A stretch of 64,000 bases of DNA from Paracoccaceae bacterium (GTDB lineage Bacteria > Pseudomonadota > Alphaproteobacteria > Rhodobacterales > Rhodobacteraceae), in contig JAGWAS010000004.1 in NCBI GenBank assembly GCA_021296235.1, forward strand, positions 91,534 through 155,533, in the 5' to 3' direction. Position 1 is the first letter of the stretch; each line of letters opens with the position of its first letter. The notes below the pieces were generated by a model. The model was not told where the DNA came from. It searched no databases and was given only the letters and a program-made list of their open reading frames with translations. The position numbers were made by a program, and so were the translations under genes. Below, piece after piece: positions 57,818 through 64,000 of this stretch.

Positions 57818-58789
57818 TCATGGCCACTGCACGCCACTCCTGTTCACAACAATCGAATATACTGACGTGAATCCGGTCATGAAAAGAACATGCTTGGCCC
57901 GTCCGCCGAAGCACAGGTTGGATACTTTTTCGGGCACCAATATCTTTCCGAGCAGTTTTCCCTGCGGAGAAATGCAGTGCACGCCGTCGCCGGCCGATGA
58001 CCATACATTGCCGTCGGAATCGAGCCGAATGCCGTCGGAAACACCAACATCCACCTTGTGAAACACATCCCCTCTTCTGAGCGAGCAGCCATCAACAACA
58101 TCAAAGACCCTGATGTGGCGCTCTGCACTCGGATCGTATGCTGCACCCGTGTCGGAAATGTAGAGGAGCGATTCGTCCGGACTGAAGGCAAGCCCGTTCG
58201 GGCACTGGAAGTCCGTGGCGACCGCCTCCATGGCGCCGTCTGTCGGATCGACCCGGTAAACGTTGCAGGAGAGTTCCTGCTCGGACCTGTATCCTTCGTA
58301 GTCGGTTGCGATCCCGTAATGCGGGTCTGTGAACCAGATGCTGCCGTCGGATTTGACAACCACATCGTTGGGCGAATTCAGTTTCCTGCCCTCAAACTGG
58401 TCCGCAACAACAGTGATTGACCCGTCATGCTCGGTTCGCGTTACCCGGCGCGTTCCATGCTCGCACGAAATCAGGCGCCCCTGCCGGTCGCGCGTGTGGC
58501 CGTTGGCATAGTTGGAAGGACAACGGTAGGTCGAGACCCCCGTCTCCTCCGTCCATCGGCAAATTCGGTTGTTGGGAATGTCCGAAAACAGCAGGCAGCC
58601 TGCATCGCCCATCCAAACGGGACCCTCAACCCACTCAAAACAGTTCTCCGCCAAGATCTTGAGGTGAGCATTGCCGATTACGTAGCGGTTAAATGTGCTG
58701 CTGCACACTTCGTATTCCGGCCTGACAAGCCTGCTTCCTCCGGCCCCCCCTGTCGCGGACCCTGAACCTCCAAAGACTAATCCACCCAT
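57818..58789 (-). CDS. SMP-30/gluconolactonase/LRE-family protein
   Basis: EGPVWMGD.., LLFSDIPNNRI.., NGHTRDRQGRLISCEH, NSPNDVVV, WFTDP and PNGLAFSPDE: six-bladed propeller lactonase motifs. Confidence 0.8.
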   Translation of the reverse strand: MGGLVFGGSGSATGGAGGSRLVRPEYEVCSSTFNRYVIGNAHLKILAENCFEWVEGPVWMGDAGCLLFSDIPNNRICRWTEETGVSTYRCPSNYANGHTRDRQGRLISCEHGTRRVTRTEHDGSITVVADQFEGRKLNSPNDVVVKSDGSIWFTDPHYGIATDYEGYRSEQELSCNVYRVDPTDGAMEAVATDFQCPNGLAFSPDESLLYISDTGAAYDPSAERHIRVFDVVDGCSLRRGDVFHKVDVGVSDGIRLDSDGNVWSSAGDGVHCISPQGKLLGKILVPEKVSNLCFGGRAKHVLFMTGFTSVYSIVVNRSGVQWP

Positions 58790-58790
58790 T

Positions 58791-59777
58791 TCATTCCGCC
58801 CTTTGGCTTGCCCGCAACCCAACCACTTCCCGGTTCACCGGCGTCAGTGGCGACTGTCCCTGGAAATGGGCCTTAAGGTTGGTGATGACAAGCTCGCCCA
58901 TTTCCTTTCTAGACTCAATCGTGCCCGATCCATGATGCGGATGCATAATCACATTTTCAAGTCGGTGGAACCTTGGGTCAACGTTGGGCTCGCCCTTGAA
59001 GACATCGATCCCGGCCCCGCCCAACTTACCGTTTTCAAGTGAGTCCAGCAGTGCCTCCTCGTCGACGGTCATTGCCCGGCTGATGTTCACGAGCACCCCG
59101 TCGGGTCCCAACGCCTCCATCATCCGCCGGTCGACAAATTGATATGTGTCCTCATTGGCGGCAAGAGCTACGAAAAGGGCCTGCGATTCCGATGCCAGTT
59201 GGTGCTGGTCGCCGACCCAATTCCAACCCTCCGGGCAGTCCTTTGCCATCCTTGACCAATAGGAAATCTCCATTCCGAGGGCATGCAGACGCCTGCCGAT
59301 CTCAAGTCCAATTCTTCCAAGCCCGACGATTCCGGCCCGCTGTCCCGCAATTCGCCGGAACAACCGGTAAGGACCCCGCCTGCTCCAATCACCACTTCGG
59401 ACATAGTCATGTGCAGATACGATGTCCCGGGTGAGACCCATGAACAGTGCGACCGCCAAATCGGCCACATCGCCCGACAGAACATCAGGCGTGTTGGTAA
59501 CGATGATGCCGGCCTCGCTGGCGGCTTCTACGTCAATTCCGTCATAGCCAGCCCCGAACACGGATATGATTTCGAGATTGGGCATTGCCGCCATCATCTG
59601 CCGGTCCACGATCAGGTCCCCTCTTCCGGCGATGGCCCTGATTCGACCTCCATATTGCGCGAGGTAAGAACTGCTGTCCTCTGCCTCAAATATCCGAAAC
59701 AGTTCAAAATGCCTCTCCAGTTCGGCATTGTCGTGTTCGGAATAGGGGCGAAGCTGGAGCACTTCCGGTTTTGGCAT
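58791..59777 (-). CDS. D-isomer-specific 2-hydroxyacid dehydrogenase (glyoxylate/hydroxypyruvate reductase-like)
   Basis: GIVGLGRIGLEIGRR (NAD-binding motif), LVNISRAMTVDEEAL, and MHPHHGSGT (catalytic His region). Its stop is 1 nt from the lactonase start. Confidence 0.8.
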   Translation of the reverse strand: MPKPEVLQLRPYSEHDNAELERHFELFRIFEAEDSSSYLAQYGGRIRAIAGRGDLIVDRQMMAAMPNLEIISVFGAGYDGIDVEAASEAGIIVTNTPDVLSGDVADLAVALFMGLTRDIVSAHDYVRSGDWSRRGPYRLFRRIAGQRAGIVGLGRIGLEIGRRLHALGMEISYWSRMAKDCPEGWNWVGDQHQLASESQALFVALAANEDTYQFVDRRMMEALGPDGVLVNISRAMTVDEEALLDSLENGKLGGAGIDVFKGEPNVDPRFHRLENVIMHPHHGSGTIESRKEMGELVITNLKAHFQGQSPLTPVNREVVGLRASQRAE

Positions 59778-60297
59778 GAGAACACTCCCGATCAATTGGA
59801 ATTCGAGCGGTCAATAGCCGCATTTATTCGGCAATGCACGAACCTGAAGGCCGGCAGGATGAAAGAATCCCCGCATGAGCAGATTGCAGGGGGGACAATA
59901 ATTGAATAGCGGAATTCGCCGCCTTTCGCGATGGAGATCGCAGAGTACGAGTTCAATCGCTGCCGACAGTTTTCAGCGTCCGCCGGTTCCGATTGACCGA
60001 AGAAATGGGGCAGTTGCACACCCGGATCTCTGCCCGGATGCAACCACATTGGCAATCAGGTGCCGGAGCAAATATGCCACATGTTGCAAATGCTGACACA
60101 AGATGCTGACAATTGTTGATTTTGAAACAGCATTCCATTAGAATGGTTGACTGGCCCGTGAACATTTTGTCGCGACGGGCCACAAGGCGTGAAAAGTGCG
60201 CTTTGGTGTCAATGCGGCGAGGCATACCTGAGCGGGGTTGGCCGAAAGCAAGCCCTTGCAGCGAAGGTATACAGGAAACAAATGGGAGGTTTGATGC

Positions 60298-61647
60298 ATG
60301 GGCAGCAACCTTGATGCGATCACCACGGTCTTCACCGAATTCTACTATTGGCTTACGGTCGCGCTGATGTTCCTCATTCATGTGGGTTTCTGCATGTATG
60401 AGGTGGGCGCAAGCCGGCGCAGGAACCATATGCATACGCTGATGAAGAACTCGATGCTGATTCCGTTGGTGACAATCACATTCTTCTTTTTCGGCTGGTG
60501 GATTTACTGGGCCCTTCCCCAATGGCCAATTGGGTCGGGGATTGATTTTGAAACGGCCGCCGCTAATTCACCGCTTTCTGAAAACATGGGCACCAACCTT
60601 GGTGACAGGATAACCGGCGTGTTCTGGGCGGCATTCCTGCTGTTCTCATGGACGGCAGCCTCGATTGTCTCCGGTTCGGTCATCGAACGGATCAATTCCG
60701 GTGCCTTCTGGATCCTTGCAGTCCTGATCGGCTCGGTCGCATGGATAATCGATGCCGCCTGGGGCTGGCACTACGGTGGTTGGATGGTCCAATATCTTGG
60801 CTATCATGACGCCTACGCCTCCGGGGTAATTCATGCCATCGCCGGCGGGTTCGCACTTGGCGTGCTGTTCGTGCTTGGACCGCGCCTCGGCAAGTTCGCC
60901 GCAGACGGAACACCGCGCGACATCATGCCGCACAACCCTTGGTTCGTTTGCATCGGGCTGTTCCTGATCTATACCGGATTCTGGGGATTCTACGTTGCGT
61001 GCAATGTGCCCCTTATTGATCCGGGCGGAATCGGCGGTCAGATCACCGGTGAAACCTGGACGGCCACAACCATTTACCTAACGCCGACAACCTTGGGAGC
61101 GATCACGGTCAACTTCCTTATGTCGCTGTCGGGGGGAATGCTGATCGGCTACATGGTGTCCAAGGGCAACGCGTTCTGGACCTATTCGGGCGGTCTTGCG
61201 GGGATCATTACGGCCTCGGCCGGAAATGACCTCTATCACCCAATCCAGGCAATGATCATCGGCGGAATTGGCACCTACCTTGCATACAAGCTGCATTTCT
61301 GGGTCGAGAACCGCTTCAAGATCGACGATGCAGTCGGGGCGGTTGCGGTGCACGGCTATGCCGGTGTCATCGGACTGCTCATTTGCGGCTTCGTACTGTG
61401 GGGTCATCCGAGTTCGCCATATGAAGGCTATGCACCGATAACCCCGTGGGGGCAACTCGGTGGAGCCATCATCATGTTCGGCGTGCTTGGCTTCCTGCCG
61501 GGTTGGGTCGGCGCGAAGATACTTTCGGCGCTGGGCATCCTCAGGATTCCCAAGGAGGTCGAACTGCTTGGGCTTGATTTTGCTTCCGCCAAGGAAGAAG
61601 AGGCAGCGGCCCACGAAGTTCGTGAAACCGCGAAGTCAATGGTCTGA
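60298..61647 (+). CDS. amt: ammonium transporter family protein (divergent Amt)
   Basis: RBS GGGAGG. 449 aa and about 11 TM segments. Conserved Amt signatures are present, including both pore histidines (ASGVIHAIAGG; AVAVHGYAGVIG) and DDAVGA. Confidence 0.85.
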   Translation: MGSNLDAITTVFTEFYYWLTVALMFLIHVGFCMYEVGASRRRNHMHTLMKNSMLIPLVTITFFFFGWWIYWALPQWPIGSGIDFETAAANSPLSENMGTNLGDRITGVFWAAFLLFSWTAASIVSGSVIERINSGAFWILAVLIGSVAWIIDAAWGWHYGGWMVQYLGYHDAYASGVIHAIAGGFALGVLFVLGPRLGKFAADGTPRDIMPHNPWFVCIGLFLIYTGFWGFYVACNVPLIDPGGIGGQITGETWTATTIYLTPTTLGAITVNFLMSLSGGMLIGYMVSKGNAFWTYSGGLAGIITASAGNDLYHPIQAMIIGGIGTYLAYKLHFWVENRFKIDDAVGAVAVHGYAGVIGLLICGFVLWGHPSSPYEGYAPITPWGQLGGAIIMFGVLGFLPGWVGAKILSALGILRIPKEVELLGLDFASAKEEEAAAHEVRETAKSMV

Positions 61648-61675
61648 TCATGACCGGTGAAATTGGAGGTACACA

Positions 61676-61897
61676 ATGAGCACCACAGGAATCTCGAGTT
61701 GGGCGGTCGATCTTGCCGATATCGGGGCCGTCTATCCGTTCCAGGGCGCCGAGGTCATCTTTCTTTTGATCGGCCTTGCATTCTGGCTTTGGTGGCACGT
61801 CTGGTCGATCAAGGCTGAGAACGCCCGTCACCAGGAGAAGATTGCCAACCACGGATCCGCCGAGAACATCAAGGACGCACTGGAAAATCACCACTGA
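61676..61897 (+). CDS. small single-pass membrane protein of unknown function, co-transcribed with amt
   Basis: ATG lies 10 nt after GGAGG and 28 nt after the amt stop. 73 aa with one hydrophobic helix (VIFLLIGLAFWLWWHVWSI) and a charged C-terminal tail. A terminator follows. Confidence 0.65.
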   Translation: MSTTGISSWAVDLADIGAVYPFQGAEVIFLLIGLAFWLWWHVWSIKAENARHQEKIANHGSAENIKDALENHH

Positions 61898-61918
61898 CGT
61901 TCTGAATTCATAAGCTTG

Positions 61919-61945
61919 CGCCGGCCCTCTTGGGGCCGGCGTTTC
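61919..61945 (+). terminator. intrinsic terminator of the amt operon
   Basis: cgccggccc (61919-61927) pairs with gggccggcg (61933-61941) across a 5-nt loop, followed by TTTCC. Confidence 0.55.
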
Positions 61946-61955
61946 CACTGGCCGG

Positions 61956-62177
61956 TTGTGGCAATCACATCAGCGGGTCATGCATGAAAGCAGTGTTATC
62001 GTGGTCACGATGCTATTCAGCATCGTCACCGCCATCGGATTCGTCGGCTGGGCCGGCTTGGTCCTCAGTTCCCTTACCTCTGCGGTGCCGGTTGTTGTGA
62101 TGGTGCTCGCGGTCGCCCGCTCTATCCATATCATTTCGGCGGCGTGCAGTCAGCCAGTCGAACCAGCAGCTTCCTGA
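61956..62177 (+). pseudogene. internal fragment of an RND/MMPL-superfamily exporter
   Basis: VVTMLFSIVTAIGFVGWAGLVLSSLTSAVPVVVMVLAVARSIHIIS resembles one TM cluster of COG1033-type exporters (..AVADSIHI..). Only about 70 codons are present, where such proteins have several hundred residues. Confidence 0.5.
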
Positions 62178-62313
62178 TTAAGTTTGACTGGATGGCGCTG
62201 CTACCTGAAAATACCTGCTTGGGAAAGAAGACCTGTACCGGATTGTACCTGATCAAACAAAAAAGACGCACACAGGGAACGTGGGAAAAACCACCCAATT
62301 CATGACCGAATAA

Positions 62314-62454
62314 TCCGAGCCCCTACATACGGTCGACGGGCGCGTGTATGTCGTCGTCTATACGGTGCGGGATTCGGCCGTTCGCATCTTTTCGGCCCGC
62401 AAGGCCAACCCGAAGGAGGTCGGGGATTATGAGCACAACGCGCATCAGGATTGA
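62314..62454 (+). pseudogene. 5'-truncated BrnT/DUF497-family toxin remnant
   Basis: The frame opens right after a TAA and reads ..DGRVYVVVYTVRDSAVRIFSARKANPKEVGDYEHNAHQD*. This is the conserved C-terminal half of DUF497 toxins. There is no N-terminal half and no start codon. Confidence 0.6.
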
Positions 62455-62764
62455 TCCCAACGATCCGTCCACCTTGCCCGAAGGGAGGATCGACCCCGCC
62501 AGGGTGGACGCCACAACCGAGGCGGATATCGCGGCGCAGGAGCGGGAAGACGAGGAAGAGGCCATGCAGGACATGGCGCGCTATGCGCGGCGGATCCGGC
62601 GGCGGCTGGGGCTTTCCCAGACCGAGCTGGCGCGCCGCATCGACGTGCCGCACGAGACGGTCCGCAACTGGGAGCAGGGGAAGCGCTGCCCGACCGGGGC
62701 AGCGCGCGCCCTGTTGCGGGTTCTCGACAAGTCCCCGGAAACCGTGCTTCGCGTGCTGACCTGA
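62429..62764 (+). CDS. HTH (XRE-type) antitoxin-like protein, partner of the DUF497 remnant
   Basis: ATG follows GAAGGAGG and overlaps the toxin remnant by 26 nt. The C-terminus RRRLGLSQTELARRIDVPHETVRNWEQGKRCPTGAARALLRVL is a classic HTH of COG2944-type antitoxins. Confidence 0.7.
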   Translation: MSTTRIRIDPNDPSTLPEGRIDPARVDATTEADIAAQEREDEEEAMQDMARYARRIRRRLGLSQTELARRIDVPHETVRNWEQGKRCPTGAARALLRVLDKSPETVLRVLT

Positions 62765-62770
62765 AGAGAT

Positions 62771-62799
62771 GGCGGCGATGCCGCCCGTTGGATTTTTTT
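62771..62799 (+). terminator. possible terminator after the antitoxin gene
   Basis: ggcggc gat gccgcc hairpin, then a run of 7 T (62793-62799). The 7-nt spacer between stem and T-run is non-canonical. Confidence 0.35.
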
Positions 62800-63239
62800 C
62801 GATCAGCTCCATGCGCCGCATGTCTCCCCTTGCGCCCCCTGATCTACTCACGTGTATGATTCCATGCAGGACATCCCTTACCTGTCCCGTTTGACATGGC
62901 CGAATCGCGGGGCCAATTGGACTCCCGGGAGAGTAGTGTTGCGGGAGTTTCTGAGAGATGCCGGAGAGCGAGGATCGCGGGAATATCGCCATGCGCGGCG
63001 TGGCGGCGAACGACGACCCCGGCTCAGGGGCCGGGGCAAGTGGCAGGGCGGAGGCGCGGACCGATGCCGCCGTCGTGACGCTGGCCCGGCTGATCGGCCG
63101 TAACCGGCCAAGGTGCGCTACTGGAGGCATGCTCATGGCCTGTCAAAAAACCCAAGAATTCCCATAGACAGCAAACATGGGTGCTCATTCAGTGATCGGA
63201 ATCTGGTCCGAAAAGCTGCCGGAAGCACCAGTCTGCGCT

Positions 63240-64000
63240 TCAAACTGTGCCGCGCACCCTTGTCTTTTCGGGATCGAAGTGCGGAAAACGAACCACTGTC
63301 GCCTTCAGCCTCTTTTGCTGCCCATCCAACTGGCCAACTTCCAATTCGGTTCCGATTTCGGCGTGGACCGGATCCAACCGAGCCAAAGCAATTGTTCGTG
63401 CCAAGATCGGCGACCTCGTTGCAGAGGTTACCGCACCGATCTGTGCCTTTCCGATCCGTACGCAATCACCGGCCGCAGGAACAGTACCTCCATCAACTTC
63501 CAATCCGACCAAAACTCTGGATGGATGCGCCTTGCGCTCCTCAAGCGCCCTGCGGCCGATGAAATCAGCGTTCTGTGTTTTCAGGGGAACGGTAAATCCA
63601 ATTCCTGCCTCAAACGGATTGACCGTATCGTCGAATTCGCAGCCGGCGAAAGCAAGTCCTGCCTCAATGCGTAGCATGTCAAGGGCGTCCAGACCGAGCG
63701 GCACAATTCCAAATTCCTGGCCCGCATCCCAAATGCAGTCGAACACAGTTTCGGCATCCTTCGGGTGGCAGAAAACTTCATAGCCCAATTCACCGGTGTA
63801 ACCCGTTCGGCTGACGACGCATGCCGTGCCCTTGAAATCGCCGACCCGTGCCACCGCAAAACGGAACCACCCAAGCTCGTCGATTCTGGGCTGCTGAGGC
63901 GCGGTCCAGAACAATCTGCTCAGCAGTTCACGCGATTTTGGTCCCTGAACGGCGATGTTGTGAAGTTGGTCAGTTGAATTCCTTACCCACGCATTGAGGC
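63240..64000 (-). CDS. aminomethyltransferase (GcvT-family) protein, C-terminal part (5' end beyond window)
   Basis: The minus frame is open to the window edge: ..NIAVQGPKSRELL..SRTGYTGELGYEVF..LRIEAGL..VNPFEAG.., ending with a beta-barrel C-terminal domain. These are motifs of GcvT/DmdA/sarcosine-oxidase-type folate-dependent demethylases. Confidence 0.8.
   Translation of the reverse strand, partial: LNAWVRNSTDQLHNIAVQGPKSRELLSRLFWTAPQQPRIDELGWFRFAVARVGDFKGTACVVSRTGYTGELGYEVFCHPKDAETVFDCIWDAGQEFGIVPLGLDALDMLRIEAGLAFAGCEFDDTVNPFEAGIGFTVPLKTQNADFIGRRALEERKAHPSRVLVGLEVDGGTVPAAGDCVRIGKAQIGAVTSATRSPILARTIALARLDPVHAEIGTELEVGQLDGQQKRLKATVVRFPHFDPEKTRVRGTV

Noticed and set aside
1-64000. CRISPR arrays, rRNA genes, intact tRNA genes, IS elements, integrases and phage genes.
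   Set aside because: Reading both strands, I noticed no regularly spaced direct repeats, rRNA-like stretches, complete cloverleaf candidates, or transposase/integrase motifs.

Overview
The window looks like a chromosomal segment of a moderately GC-rich alphaproteobacterium. Supporting signs are a class-I LysRS, an ALA-synthase HemA, cobN/cobW-type cobalamin genes and many sugar ABC systems. I see no rRNA, intact tRNA, CRISPR array, transposase or integrase.

Layout:
- 1-10.2 kb: sdhB 3' end, a short decayed spacer, then a sugar/deoxysugar locus. It holds a long DERA-type deoC, an unusual two-domain aldehyde dehydrogenase, a xylulokinase-like kinase, a convergent FrcBCA-like ABC transporter and a ROK regulator.
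- 10.5-16.8 kb: a secreted coiled-coil/peptidoglycan-binding protein, uvrB, class-I lysyl-tRNA synthetase and a TerB-like gene.
- 16.8-17.8 kb: a gene-poor, apparently decayed region.
- 17.8-23.7 kb: VOC enzyme, CUT1-type ABC transporter and an MDR dehydrogenase.
- 23.7-26.7 kb: nadD and ettA.
- 26.8-37.3 kb: cobalamin block 1, cbiX-cobH-cobL-cobI-(cbiG-cobJ)-cobM, convergent cobB and cobA, then cbiD-cobK.
- 37.9-48.7 kb: an MFP-RND efflux pair, then a Rbs-type ABC operon ending in a tagatose/psicose-3-epimerase-family gene.
- 49.3-57.6 kb: cobalamin block 2, cobW-cobN-cobO-cobQ, with convergent hemA.
- 57.8-64 kb: lactonase and 2-hydroxyacid dehydrogenase, an Amt transporter with a small membrane protein, an approximately 1.3 kb patch of gene fragments, and a partial GcvT-family gene.

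I found no convincing novel multi-gene system. The observations most worth a second look are:
- cobB appears broken exactly at its Walker-A loop.
- The cob genes mix early-insertion-type (cbiX, cbiG, cbiD) and late-insertion-type (cobN, cobW) content, and I can recognise no B12 riboswitch.
- The amt gene is paired with a small membrane protein and has no glnK.
- A GC-rich foreign remnant carries an orphan antitoxin.

All functional calls rest on motif recognition by eye, not on searches.
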